DNA of 55,897 nucleotides from Pseudomonadota bacterium (GTDB lineage Bacteria; Bdellovibrionota_F; JAHFAK01; JBDREC01): NCBI GenBank assembly GCA_043820105.1, contig JBDREC010000081.1, positions 1 to 55,897 of the forward strand, read 5' to 3'. Shown piece by piece: positions 9,883 to 19,726 of this stretch (position 1 is its first letter; each line of letters starts with the position of its first letter). The notes under the pieces were generated by a model. It saw only the letters and a program-made list of their open reading frames with translations, ran no database searches and was not told where the DNA came from. The position numbers and the translations under genes were made by a program.

Positions 9883-10545
9883 ATGCTAGAAGCAATTATA
9901 TATGATTTAGATGGAGTTATAATAGAATCTGAACCACTGTGGAGAATCGCTGAAATTGAATCTTTTAACAGCATTGGAATTGATCTGCCCATTGCTGAAT
10001 GTGAAAAGATGAAAGGTGTAAAAATTGATGAGTTTGTTTTATCTTGGTATAGTTTTTATAAATGGGATTTAAATGTACTTACAACAGAAGAAATGACCAA
10101 TAAAATTGTTGAGCGATTCATTAATCTAATAATTCAGAAAGGCAAGCAATTGCCCGGCTTAATGTATTCTTTGGAATTTTTTAAAAGCAAGGGTTACAAA
10201 ATGGCTATTGCGAGCTCTTCAAATATGAAAATAATTTTAACTGTTCTTGAAAAATTTGGGATCAAGTCATATTTTAATGAAATACATTCCGCTGAGTCAG
10301 AGGAATATGGAAAACCTCACCCCGCAGTTTATATAAATTGCGCTAAGAAATTGAATGTGGATCCAAGTCAATGTCTGGCAATTGAAGATTCTGAAAATGG
10401 AGTTTTAGCAGCAAAAGCCGCTAAAATGAAATGTATATCTGTTTCAAAAGAAGAACTTTCTTTAAATAAAATATTTTTAATTGCTGATTTTAATCTTAAA
10501 TCTTTAAATCAGATAAACGAAAACCTGCTTTTACCTATTCTCTAA
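9883..10545 (+). CDS. HAD-superfamily sugar/hexitol phosphatase (YniC/HxpB-like)
   Basis: DLDGVIIESEP, GKPHPAVY and AIEDS motifs; AGGAGA RBS before ATG 9883. Confidence 0.88.
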   Translation: MLEAIIYDLDGVIIESEPLWRIAEIESFNSIGIDLPIAECEKMKGVKIDEFVLSWYSFYKWDLNVLTTEEMTNKIVERFINLIIQKGKQLPGLMYSLEFFKSKGYKMAIASSSNMKIILTVLEKFGIKSYFNEIHSAESEEYGKPHPAVYINCAKKLNVDPSQCLAIEDSENGVLAAKAAKMKCISVSKEELSLNKIFLIADFNLKSLNQINENLLLPIL

Positions 10546-10714
10546 GCATTTTTTCACTTATTCATTGTTCATTGTGATAATAGTGCTTTTTTTTTGCTTA
10601 GGTCCCAGTTTTTTGCTCAATAGATTTCATAAGTTATATTGGCTTATTTTCGCCGCTAACTGAATTTAGCTTATATTATTAATCATTATTCAATTTTGCT
10701 CATTGTTAGTATTT

Positions 10715-10730
10715 TGGTATCTTTATTGCA
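10715..10730 (+). promoter_or_regulatory. sigma54 (-24/-12) promoter upstream of the GD-repeat lipoprotein
   Basis: TGGTATCTTTATTGCA, GG-N10-GC spacing. Confidence 0.65.
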
Positions 10731-10798
10731 ATATACAACTTTCTAGAGAAGGAAAAATACAATTAATCGCCTAATGTTTAATGCTTCAGGGGGAATTC

Positions 10799-11728
10799 AT
10801 GAAGAAATATAATTTTTCTTTTCTTTTTATTCTACTAAATTTTACTCTAATTAATTTCCTTTTTTTGAGTTGTGGTGAGCCAGCTGAAAAGAGAGCTGTT
10901 CTATCTAGTTTAGCTTATCCTGATGAATGTTATGTTGATTTTGAAGCAAGTGTTGAAATTGTGGAAGAGATTTATTTTAAAGTAAAATATTCTGAAGATG
11001 AAAGTTTTAAAGAAGATGCAAATAATAATAATATATATGATTATTGTGAAGAAGATCTTGTTGAAACAGAGCCTTTTGAACAAGTTGATGGCGATGGCGA
11101 CGGCGATGGCGACGGTGACGGAGACGGAGATGGCGATGGCGATGGAGACGGTGATGGCGACGGTGATGGTGACGGAGATGGAGATGGCGATGGTGACGGC
11201 GATGGTGATGGTGATGGTGATGGAGATGGTGACGGAGACGGCGATGGTGACGGCGATGGTGATGGAGATGGTGACGGTGATGGTGATGGAGACGGAGACG
11301 GCGATACTGATCCAGTAATCGTTGTTGTTTTCCAAGATTCAGATTATGATGAGCTAGTTAGCATTAAATCTGATAATGGATCTTTTGAAGAATCTTGTTT
11401 TTATGCCTACGACTGCTCTGATTTATCAGATGATGGTGTAAATAGTTATATTGATCTGGCAATTGATGAAATAATTGTTGGGTTTGGTGATTCAACATTA
11501 ATGGTTGAAATTTTTGTTGATAATATGATGTATGCATATGGTCTAATTAAAGATGGTGCCTTAACAATTGAAGATTCTGAAGTAGAAGCCCAAGATCCTG
11601 GTCTTGGCCAATCACTAAATAGAGTCATTGAAAAACCTTTAGAATTGGATGAGCAAGGCTATATTGTTCTTGATTTAAATGGTTTATATGTTTTGACTGA
11701 TCGACTTTTAAAAAGGATCAATGATTAA
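10799..11728 (+). CDS. Acidic lipoprotein with a (Gly-Asp)36 tract
   Basis: Signal peptide with lipobox FLSC; D(GD)36 encoded at 11087-11305. Confidence 0.85.
   Translation: MKKYNFSFLFILLNFTLINFLFLSCGEPAEKRAVLSSLAYPDECYVDFEASVEIVEEIYFKVKYSEDESFKEDANNNNIYDYCEEDLVETEPFEQVDGDGDGDGDGDGDGDGDGDGDGDGDGDGDGDGDGDGDGDGDGDGDGDGDGDGDGDGDGDGDGDGDGDGDGDGDTDPVIVVVFQDSDYDELVSIKSDNGSFEESCFYAYDCSDLSDDGVNSYIDLAIDEIIVGFGDSTLMVEIFVDNMMYAYGLIKDGALTIEDSEVEAQDPGLGQSLNRVIEKPLELDEQGYIVLDLNGLYVLTDRLLKRIND
11087..11305 (+). repeat. Coding hexamer repeat (GAY GGN)n
   Basis: 219 nt using mixed GGC/GGT/GGA and GAT/GAC codons. Confidence 0.97.
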
Positions 11729-11869
11729 TTAGTTCCCATATCAAAACTCACTTTATGTCATGCTGAATTAATTTCAGCATCCCCCATACTCAGTTGTATC
11801 AAGGGGATCCTGAAATAAATTCAGGATGACAATCCCCAGATTATTAGTTTTGGGATGGATACTAATTAA
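11725..11869. mobile_element. MITE/REP-like element with 24-nt imperfect terminal inverted repeats and an internal double-hairpin palindrome
   Basis: TIRs ttaattagttcccatatcaaaact and agttttgggatggatactaattaa. Core tgtcatgctgaattaatttcagcatcccc...ggggatcctgaaataaattcaggatgaca at 11756-11831. Confidence 0.75.
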
Positions 11870-12273
11870 CTGTTTTTCACTTCTGTTTGGATCTCAAACT
11901 CCGGTGGATTGAGTAATGTTCTCTTAACTGTGCACATATTTGCCACCCTAATCAAAGAATCCAAATACTTTTCAGGAAAATCAGCAGGCACTTTAATATC
12001 AATGATAACTTTTGACAAAGACATTTTCCCATCTTTTTCTGCAAACTCGTGATTTTGAGTAAGTTCTATGTTCTCAGTTGAAATACCTCTGTTTTGACAA
12101 AAGCCATTAACATAGACTCCAGCGCAAGTAGCTAGGCTTGCTAAGAATAAAGAAAAAGGTTCAGGAGCAGTGCCTTGTCCACCATTTTCCACAGATTGAT
12201 CTGTGTTGACAGTAAAACCATTAAATTCAGCGTTTACTTTTTTCCCACCGGGTAATTTTACTTTTATTTCCAT
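11866..12273 (-). CDS. OsmC/Ohr family protein
   Basis: TDQ..GGQGTAPEPF, LATCAG and second Cys (MCTV). Start placed at MEIKV. Confidence 0.88.
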   Translation of the reverse strand: MEIKVKLPGGKKVNAEFNGFTVNTDQSVENGGQGTAPEPFSLFLASLATCAGVYVNGFCQNRGISTENIELTQNHEFAEKDGKMSLSKVIIDIKVPADFPEKYLDSLIRVANMCTVKRTLLNPPEFEIQTEVKNS

Positions 12274-12297
12274 TTGGGCTCCTGTTGTTACCATTAT

Positions 12298-12401
12298 TTA
12301 TTAATTATTAATTGTTAACTATTAATTATTCTATAACGCTAATTCCTAGTTCAATTTTCAGAAAATAACCAATAATTAATAAATAATAATTAATAATTAA
12401 T
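12298..12401. repeat. (TTAATTA)n heptamer hairpin between the cytochrome gene and osmC
   Basis: ttattaattattaattgttaactattaattatt ... aataattaataaataataattaataattaat. Confidence 0.75.
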
Positions 12402-13637
12402 TTATAGGTTCATTAAAAACTTTATCAGCACATCCATTTCATCCTCACTCCCTACAAAAGGAGTCATACCCTCAGGAGGATTCGTTAAAAGCTCTTTTAA
12501 TGTTTCTTTATCAAAATAATCATATAGCGACACCAGTTCTCCACCGCTTCCACCACCAGATCCATTTATTTTATGGCAATTGGTACATGCATTTTTTTGC
12601 ATAATATTAACTGCATTTATTGTCTTTTTATTATATTTGCTTTCAGCTGCAACATCATTTTTCTCATTTAATAACTGATTTGAGTACATATGCCCATAAA
12701 TTAGATAAGGCTTTCTTGCTCTTTCTCTTGCATATCCACCAAAAACAAAGGTTGTAAAGGCTAGAAGGCACATTAAAATTATAATTATATTTTTCAATTT
12801 ATCCTTTATAAAAAAACTAGTTATATTTAAAATTAAAATCATACTCGCTAGAATAATCATTATCCAAAAAGGATATGATGCAAGGCCTGAGATTAGACTT
12901 TTATATGCTTCTTTATTAAAATTATATATTGTTAATAGATAGCTGATTCCAGCTATTGGTTGAAGAAAAATTAATAAATTAATAACCTTTCTTGCTTCAT
13001 CTCTTGAAAAAGCATTATACTCATTTATGTTTTTAAAAGTTCTATACGAATAAAATAAAAATATTATCATTGCTGCATTAATTATGCATGGAATGATCAG
13101 ATGAAAAGCAGATGGTATCATTGATGGATTAAAAATCGCATCTATAAGGCTTAGGTTGGAAAAGTAATTACCAGGAGTCAACATAAACGAATGCACAGCG
13201 TTGATAATTAAGGCAGCGAAAATCGCCATTGTGCATGCCATTAAACCCCAAAAATTATGGAGGTTTGATTTTTTCTTAAAAGTATTTAAATAAAAAATTG
13301 AGCTAAGCATTAAAAAAAAGAAAGCTATTAATTCAAGGATTAAACCCCAGAAAAAAATTCGATATAATTTTGAGGTGAAAATCGGAAAAAGTGAAATTAG
13401 CAAAATTAAAATGCCAACACCCAAAACCCCATTTAGCTTCATCATATCTGAAATAGCTTTAACAATCTTGTAAGCAAGCTTATCATAGTTAGGCTTTTGC
13501 TTTTTGACTGCCAGCATTTCCCAATAAAAAGCAAGGCATAATGCACCAACTGCTACAAAGGCAAAAAAAACATGAACCAGAATAATAATTGCCATTATAT
13601 TTGTATTTCCTATTAAAGGGAATTGAATTGTTTGCAT
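12402..13637 (-). CDS. Cytochrome bd subunit I-like membrane protein fused to a C-terminal monoheme cytochrome c
   Basis: About 9 TM helices; HVFFAF and FHLI His ligands; ERARKPYLIYG resembles CydA E.GRQPW..YG; CTNCH heme c motif with a distal Met (PEGMTPF). Confidence 0.75.
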   Translation of the reverse strand: MQTIQFPLIGNTNIMAIIILVHVFFAFVAVGALCLAFYWEMLAVKKQKPNYDKLAYKIVKAISDMMKLNGVLGVGILILLISLFPIFTSKLYRIFFWGLILELIAFFFLMLSSIFYLNTFKKKSNLHNFWGLMACTMAIFAALIINAVHSFMLTPGNYFSNLSLIDAIFNPSMIPSAFHLIIPCIINAAMIIFLFYSYRTFKNINEYNAFSRDEARKVINLLIFLQPIAGISYLLTIYNFNKEAYKSLISGLASYPFWIMIILASMILILNITSFFIKDKLKNIIIILMCLLAFTTFVFGGYARERARKPYLIYGHMYSNQLLNEKNDVAAESKYNKKTINAVNIMQKNACTNCHKINGSGGGSGGELVSLYDYFDKETLKELLTNPPEGMTPFVGSEDEMDVLIKFLMNL

Positions 13638-13764
13638 AAACTAACACCTTTTTAATTAATTAAGATAATCTTTTTTAGTTTATTATTATTAATAGTCAAA
13701 TCAAAATCTTAAGACAGATTTACACTTGACAAATCGCGCCATTTATTGTTTGGAGTTACCATGA

Positions 13765-13828
13765 TAAGTGTTATGCTGTAAGTAGTAAATCTTAACCTTA
13801 CCACTTACCACTTACCACTTACCACTTA
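13765..13828. repeat. (CTTACCA)4 tract just before the porin RBS, with a degenerate complementary left arm
   Basis: cttaccacttaccacttaccacttaccactta at 13797-13828, followed by ccggag. Confidence 0.9.
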
Positions 13829-13843
13829 ATCCGGAGTGTGCTC

Positions 13844-15049
13844 ATGAAAAAAATCTTTCTAATTTTATCTTTTACTCTAATTGCATCATTATTACTTGCC
13901 CAAAATTCTGATAAAATAAAAACTTTTGAATATGATATTACTGGTTTTTCACTTTCTGAGATCCCTCAAGCACTGACAGAAGAATCAACGGGTTTTGAAT
14001 TTTATGGTGATATTAAGGTTGATTTTGCTTATAATACATCTCACAGCGTTTTTGATAATTCATCTTTTTATACAGTTCAGGAAACAAGTGAAAGAGATAA
14101 TGAATTTACTTTTACTGTGAACCAATCAATGTTTGGTGTAAAATTTGGTTCTTTTGTTAAAGAAGGAATTGAAATGCTTGGCTTGATAGAAGTAGATTTT
14201 TATGGAAGTAATGATTATTACTCTCCAACTCCTGAGCTTTACAGGGCCTTTATGACAGTACGGTTTCCAAAACTAGTTATTTTAGCAGGCCAAGATTATG
14301 ATACTCATTCTCGACTTAATCCAACTAGAGTAAATTATAGTTTGTTATATGGTTCTGGAAATGTGAATTATCGAAGACCTCAAATAAGGCTAGTTAAACT
14401 TTTTGGATGTGAGGTGCAGAAACTTACTTTGGCTATTGCTGCTGCTCAGACGGTGACAGGGGATCTTGATGGAAATGGTTTTTATGATGGCACAGATGTT
14501 GGTTGGCCAACAGCTCAGGCAAGAATTGCTTATGAATATAAAGTTTTTGAAGATAATAAACCTTTAACTTTGGCCTTGTCTGGACACTTTGGAACAGAAG
14601 AGCTTGACTGGGACTTAGCTGGAGCAGATGAGAAACATCATACATATTCCGCTGTAGGTGAATTTGTTTTGCCATTTGGAAGTCATCTTTATCTTCAGGG
14701 TGAAGGATTTTATGGTTCAAACCTTGATTCTTATTATGGTGGAATTCTGCAGGGAATAAATACAACTACACAATCAAATATCGTTTCATATGGCGGATGG
14801 GCTGAGCTAGGCTTAAAACCATTTGAAAAAGTAGCAATCCATATAGGTGGTGGTATAGATAATCCTATTGATTCTGATTTAAGTTCAGGTGACAGACGTA
14901 TAAACTTTACTATTTATGATAATATTTATTATTCATTTACAGAAAATTTTATTTTAGCAGGTGAGCATTTTTACAATTATACTGATTACCATCTTGGTGT
15001 AGAAGGTGATAATAATAGATTTCAGGGATCTATGATTTATAAGTTTTAA
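13844..15049 (+). CDS. Outer-membrane beta-barrel porin (DcaP-like)
   Basis: Signal peptide; IEVDFYG, AGQ and RRPQIR motifs; C-terminal Phe (YKF). Confidence 0.75.
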   Translation: MKKIFLILSFTLIASLLLAQNSDKIKTFEYDITGFSLSEIPQALTEESTGFEFYGDIKVDFAYNTSHSVFDNSSFYTVQETSERDNEFTFTVNQSMFGVKFGSFVKEGIEMLGLIEVDFYGSNDYYSPTPELYRAFMTVRFPKLVILAGQDYDTHSRLNPTRVNYSLLYGSGNVNYRRPQIRLVKLFGCEVQKLTLAIAAAQTVTGDLDGNGFYDGTDVGWPTAQARIAYEYKVFEDNKPLTLALSGHFGTEELDWDLAGADEKHHTYSAVGEFVLPFGSHLYLQGEGFYGSNLDSYYGGILQGINTTTQSNIVSYGGWAELGLKPFEKVAIHIGGGIDNPIDSDLSSGDRRINFTIYDNIYYSFTENFILAGEHFYNYTDYHLGVEGDNNRFQGSMIYKF

Positions 15050-15051
15050 TT

Positions 15052-15079
15052 GCGTACAGGATACAGAGTACAGCGTACG
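15052..15079. repeat. (GnnTACA)4 heptamer tract
   Basis: gcgtaca ggataca gagtaca gcgtacg. Confidence 0.7.
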
Positions 15080-15097
15080 GCCTAAGAGGAGATACAT

Positions 15098-15553
15098 ATG
15101 CGCATTTTTAAAGTAGTTTGTTTAATGATTCTATTACTATTGTTAAATTCTTGTTTTTCAAAGTGTCCAAAGCCTTGTGCTATAGAGGAAGCAGAGCCAA
15201 TTAATGTGAAATACGTGAGCTTTGAAATTATTAGATTTGATTTGGATAAGTATAATTTAACAGATGTTGAAAAAAGAAAGATTGAAAGAAATGCAAGGCT
15301 TTTAAGAGAAAATGACGATCTCAATATTCTTTTAATGGGCCATACGGATAATCGAGGAACTGACGAGCAAAATTATGAACTGGGCTTAAACAGGGCCAAA
15401 CAAGTTAAAGAATATTTAAAACTAATAGGTATTGCAGAAGAACGTTTAAATGTTGAATCAAAAGGCGCTAAAGAAAGAATTCACAACGAAAACATCTCTT
15501 CAGTCCACGCAGTAAATCGCAGAGTCGAATTTATAATTGACTTAGATTCTTAA
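15098..15553 (+). CDS. OmpA/Pal-like peptidoglycan-binding lipoprotein
   Basis: Lipobox LNSC; GHTD.RG...N..LG..RA and NRRVEF motifs. Confidence 0.9.
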   Translation: MRIFKVVCLMILLLLLNSCFSKCPKPCAIEEAEPINVKYVSFEIIRFDLDKYNLTDVEKRKIERNARLLRENDDLNILLMGHTDNRGTDEQNYELGLNRAKQVKEYLKLIGIAEERLNVESKGAKERIHNENISSVHAVNRRVEFIIDLDS

Positions 15554-15562
15554 TATCTTAAT

Positions 15563-15586
15563 CTTACCACTTACCACTTACCACTT
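15563..15586. repeat. (CTTACCA)3 tract before an RBS
   Basis: cttaccacttaccacttaccactt followed by gcaaaggagg. Confidence 0.88.
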
Positions 15587-15599
15587 GCAAAGGAGGGTT

Positions 15600-16172
15600 A
15601 TGAAATCATTTCTGAAATATTTTATTATTACTTTCTTTATTCTTATTCTTAATCTTAATTCTAATATTTATTCCTTTACTGGTTGGATTGAAGATGATTT
15701 TCAAAAGGCTCTAACTCTGGCTAAAAAAGAAAACAAGCTTATCTTTGCTGACTTTTGGGCTGTATGGTGTTATTCTTGCCATCATGTAAATGAAAATGTT
15801 TTGCCAGAACTTGAGGCAAGAAATGCTTTTGAAGGTTTTGTTAAGGTATCATTAAATACTGATAATAAAATTAATACAGAGCTTGTAATGAAAACAAAGC
15901 TTAGTTCTTGGCCAACGTTTATTATTTATGATTCAAATGGAAAAGAGCTAAGAAGGCTTGGAGGAGAGAATACAACAAATAATTTGTCTTTATTTATTAA
16001 GGATAAATTAAATAAATCAAGCTATCAGGACTTGAGTAAAAAGATATCAGAATTTAGAGATAAAAAAAAGAAAAAAGACTGTTTAAAGTTAGCAAGTAAT
16101 TTAGCAAAATCGGAATTAAGTGATCGTAATAAAAGAAAACTCAAAAAAATGAAAAAGGAATTGGGTGTTTAA
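15600..16172 (+). CDS. Exported thioredoxin-family protein
   Basis: Signal peptide; DFWAVWCYSC; cis-Pro WPT. Confidence 0.85.
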   Translation: MKSFLKYFIITFFILILNLNSNIYSFTGWIEDDFQKALTLAKKENKLIFADFWAVWCYSCHHVNENVLPELEARNAFEGFVKVSLNTDNKINTELVMKTKLSSWPTFIIYDSNGKELRRLGGENTTNNLSLFIKDKLNKSSYQDLSKKISEFRDKKKKKDCLKLASNLAKSELSDRNKRKLKKMKKELGV

Positions 16173-16219
16173 AGATCTTTTTATTATCTTAACTCCTAAT
16201 CACCTTGTTCTCTTGTTTC

Positions 16220-17166
16220 AGCCTAGCACCAGGTTTTGCTTCTAATTGCTTACAGCAATATCCAGAGACTTACTAGGCCAGTTCTTGTTATTCCCCATAT
16301 ACGGAACAAAAATATCAACAGGAGTGGGTATAAAGCTATAAAATTTACCTTTTTCATCACATGTTTGGCTTAGGGCGATATACCAGTCAAAGATTAAATC
16401 ATCAGTTTCAGTTGGTTGATCTTTGAGTTCTATATTATAAGCATTTTTATTTGAACTAAAAGTTGCATTTAAAAATCCTCTTAAATAAGTTGTGTCAGCT
16501 GAATCTTCAATTCCTATTTATTTCTAGTTGAGCTTTTGGTAAATATTTCTTTAATACCCAGGCAAAGTAACTACATGATGAAACACAATTTTGGTTAATA
16601 ATTAACTTTATCTTTCCCTTAAATGCATATGCTGAATAAAGAAAGCTTATATCTTGCTAATATTCAATGCTTTGGCCATCTATTTCTAATAAAATATCAT
16701 TAAGCTTAGGTTTAATTTCTTCTTTGGTCTGAAAATTACTAGAAATCCAGTTCACGAAATATTCAACTTTTTTATTTTCATTGCAAACAGTTCTTGGAAC
16801 AAACTTAATTGCTGGATAACGCCATTTAGCATAGTTTTCAGGCCTTAGTTTTTTGTTACCGTCAATAGTTGTGTGAAAAGCTTTATAATAGTTTGCCAGC
16901 TTTAAAAGCGCATCCCCAAAATCTTGATTAGTTTTTGCATTTTTTATGTCTGTATTAAAATTTCTTTTGACCTCAAGCCAACTTGTAGTTCTATTTTTTT
17001 TACTTTCTAGTATTTCTCCATCATATCTTTCAAGCTTTTCTAAGAGCTCTTTAACAAAGGCCTTTTTATTTATTCTATTTAATTTTTGTTCAAATGATAA
17101 ATCTTGTTTAGCAGATGTCATTGAAGTAAAAAGAAAAATAAATGAAAATAGTATGGTTTTCTTCAT
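16220..17166 (-). pseudogene. Disrupted secreted protein, probably S41/PDZ peptidase-like; 3' end approximate
   Basis: Signal peptide, then PDZ-like DILLEIDG. TAG at 16657-16659 is followed by coding-like sequence with further stops and frameshifts (DLIFDWYIALSQTCD..., PTPVDIFVP). Confidence 0.5.
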
Positions 17167-17242
17167 TTCTTTAGACTCTATATGGTAAAAGATATCTTAT
17201 AGTAATATATTTTAAGGATAATTGTCAATGATCGGTTTAGTC

Positions 17243-17361
17243 GCTGGTGGAGATAGCTTGTAGCTTGTAGGGCAAATAAATTAATTATTAATTGTTAATT
17301 ATTAATTATTAATTATTCTAAAAAACGCCTTTCATCTTGTTCCCTTGCGCTCTTGTTCTCC
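17243..17361. repeat. Cluster of three repeat families (TAGCTTG, TTAATTA, octamer CTTGTTCC)
   Basis: tagcttgtagcttgtaggg; ttaattattaattgttaattattaattatt; cttgttcccttgcgctcttgttctc. Confidence 0.8.
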
Positions 17362-17367
17362 TCTGAT

Positions 17368-18612
17368 TTATATCAAACTATCAGCCACCAAACTAGATAA
17401 AAATTCAACTTTTATATCTAACTTATAATAATCATTTAAATCTTTAAGCTGGCCATGACAATTTTCACAAGCTGTAGCTAAGATATCTGGATTTGTTGCT
17501 TTGATTTGTTCTGCTTTTACTTTGGCATTTTTGGCTCTGTATTCTTTTGGGTGGATTGCCATAGCTCCGCCTCCACCTCCACAACACCAGTTGTGTTTTT
17601 TGTTTGGTGTGAGTTCTTCAAAATTGTCTGTTAAGTGGGAAATGATTTCGCGGGCCTCATCGTAGATTCCGCCATTTCTGGCCATTTGACATGGGTCGTG
17701 ATAAGAAAACTTTCCTTGGTGTTTGTTTTTGTCAAGCTTGATTTTGCCATCTTTTAAGTACAGTGACATTACTTCCACAAAACTTGTTACTTTGAATGGT
17801 TGTTTACCCATCATGTATTTCATTACTCTAAAAGCTGTGCCGCATTCACAGATTGTCACTTCTTTTACATTCAAACGTTTTGCTTCATTAATTATTCTCT
17901 CAGCGATTTCTTTTGTCTTTTGTGGATTTCCAACAAAAGCGCCAAAATTTACAGCTTCAAAATAACTTAAACTCCATTTTTCTTTGGCTGCATTCATAAT
18001 GGCAGCTGCTGGAATGATTGAATGTTTGCCAGCTAAGGCTACATATAAAATATTGGCATCTTGAACTCCCATTGGAATAGCTTCTTTGCCTGCTTCAGAT
18101 TTCCACTTTTCAATTACTTCAGTTTCTAAATTTTTTATTCCTTTTTCAAAATTAGCTTTTGTATTATCATCCATTTTACCTTTTGCAATGGACATATCAG
18201 CAAGCATTGATAGGACTTGTGGTTCTTTGCCTGATCCTATTAACAAAAGTTTGGCAATAGACATTATCATTTGGGTGTCAATTCCAAAGGGGCAGTTAAC
18301 CATGCATCTTCTACAGCCAGTGCAAGAATAGGCTGCTTCATAAAGTTGTTCCATATCCATATCATCAAGTTTTAATGCTTCATTTATTGATGGCCAGGCT
18401 TTGCCTCTTACCTTGTAAAGATAAGTGTAAAGTTTTCTTATAAATTCATGTCTATAAACAGCTGAGTTTTTAATGTCTTTTCTTGAGGCATATACGTGAC
18501 ACGCATCAATGCAATTTCCGCATCTTGCGCAAGTTTCAAGATACATTTTCATCACAATATTTAATTTTGAATCAAATAACTTTTTAAGTTCTATTTTCTT
18601 GTTTGCATCCAT
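17368..18612 (-). CDS. HdrD/DsrK/TmcB-like Fe-S oxidoreductase with a CCG domain
   Basis: CARCGNCIDAC and CTGCRRCMVNCP; YHDPC...CCGGGGG...ACENC. Confidence 0.9.
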   Translation of the reverse strand: MDANKKIELKKLFDSKLNIVMKMYLETCARCGNCIDACHVYASRKDIKNSAVYRHEFIRKLYTYLYKVRGKAWPSINEALKLDDMDMEQLYEAAYSCTGCRRCMVNCPFGIDTQMIMSIAKLLLIGSGKEPQVLSMLADMSIAKGKMDDNTKANFEKGIKNLETEVIEKWKSEAGKEAIPMGVQDANILYVALAGKHSIIPAAAIMNAAKEKWSLSYFEAVNFGAFVGNPQKTKEIAERIINEAKRLNVKEVTICECGTAFRVMKYMMGKQPFKVTSFVEVMSLYLKDGKIKLDKNKHQGKFSYHDPCQMARNGGIYDEAREIISHLTDNFEELTPNKKHNWCCGGGGGAMAIHPKEYRAKNAKVKAEQIKATNPDILATACENCHGQLKDLNDYYKLDIKVEFLSSLVADSLI

Positions 18613-19331
18613 TATAATCCCCTTCTTATTCTGTTAAGAGGCATTGCAAGGAAGGTGTGCATAAATTTACTAAATGGAAAAAGTATAATAAATAAATTTG
18701 CAGTAAAGATATGCAAAACCAGCATAATATAATGTGGTGAATCTTTTATCATGTCAGGAACCATTGGTTTAAAAGTTATTAGACTATATAGGTATTCTCT
18801 GTACTCACTTACTCCAATATCAAGCCCTGATTCTGACCAGATATTTGCCCAATCGAGATGACCACCCAAAATAGAAGAAAATATTAAAAGTAATAGCATT
18901 AAATAATCTGAAGAATATGAAATCTCTCTAATGGGGCTTTTCAATCTTCTATAAAAAAAGTAAGAAGCTGAAACCACAATTGCTATTCCAATAAATCCTT
19001 TTCCTAAAAACACTTCATGGGGAATTAATTGCAGTAGCTTTATTTCTTTTATTAATTCTAAATGACCTAAGATTAAAGCAATAAAAGCAACATGAAACAC
19101 CATTAAAAAAAACCAAAAAATTGGATTTTTCATGATTATTGTAGGAAATAAAAAGGTGTCTTTTAGTGCATGTAGCATTGCAGGTCTTTGCTTTGGGAAT
19201 ATTTCAAGAGTGTGTAATTGTTTGGGAGAAGCCCAAATTCTTATTATTTGGTAAATTATCCCTGTAAAAAAAATAGCAAAAGCTAAATACACCATCGGGA
19301 TCATGGTGAAATAGTATAACTTATCTATCAT
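18612..19331 (-). CDS. NarI/DsrM/HdrE-like di-heme b membrane subunit
   Basis: 5 TM helices with four His ligands (FHV, GHL, LHI, SKFMH); stop overlaps the start of the Fe-S gene. Confidence 0.88.
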   Translation of the reverse strand: MIDKLYYFTMIPMVYLAFAIFFTGIIYQIIRIWASPKQLHTLEIFPKQRPAMLHALKDTFLFPTIIMKNPIFWFFLMVFHVAFIALILGHLELIKEIKLLQLIPHEVFLGKGFIGIAIVVSASYFFYRRLKSPIREISYSSDYLMLLLLIFSSILGGHLDWANIWSESGLDIGVSEYREYLYSLITFKPMVPDMIKDSPHYIMLVLHIFTANLFIILFPFSKFMHTFLAMPLNRIRRGL

Positions 19332-19347
19332 TTCGTAATCCTTTAAA

Positions 19348-19467
19348 AATTGAGAATCGAAAATTGACAGTTGTTTATTGAAAATTAAATGTCGTTAAAA
19401 TAATCAATAATCAATAAATAACAATTAATAATTAATTGACGGATGCTAGCAACTTGCAACCAGCAAC
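19348..19467. repeat. TTGAnnn-family hairpin plus (AGCAACY)3 tract between tusA and the narI-like gene
   Basis: aattgagaatcgaaaattgacagttgtttattga...aataatcaataatcaataaataacaattaataatt; ctagcaacttgcaaccagcaac. Confidence 0.82.
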
Positions 19468-19709
19468 TAAACAGCTCTTCTAACCCAAAACCTAATCTCG
19501 CCATCTGCCTGCTCTGTTTTTAATATTTCATGGCCAGTGGTTGATGCCCAAGCTGGGAAGTCTGATAATGCTCCTGGATCTGTTGTTATTGCTTCAATTA
19601 CTTGACCGATTTCAACAGTTCCAATTTCTTGGCCTATTTTTACTATTGGCATAGGGCAGGGAAGACCCTTTAGATCTAATGTTTTATCTGCTTTAATTTC
19701 TTCTGACAT
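19467..19709 (-). CDS. tusA: Sulfurtransferase TusA family protein
   Basis: LDLKGLPCPMP, TTDPG and DFPAW motifs. Confidence 0.93.
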   Translation of the reverse strand: MSEEIKADKTLDLKGLPCPMPIVKIGQEIGTVEIGQVIEAITTDPGALSDFPAWASTTGHEILKTEQADGEIRFWVRRAV

Positions 19710-19726
19710 TTTATTTCTCCTTCTTA

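Noticed and set aside
11087-11305. Possible CRISPR array or non-coding satellite
   Set aside because: No spacers; it is a codon-degenerate in-frame Gly-Asp repeat. No cas genes or repeat-spacer arrays were seen anywhere in the window.
10910-11335. Alternative-frame ORFs 10910-11335 (-) and 10998-11318 (+)
   Set aside because: Stop-free shadows of the GD repeat.
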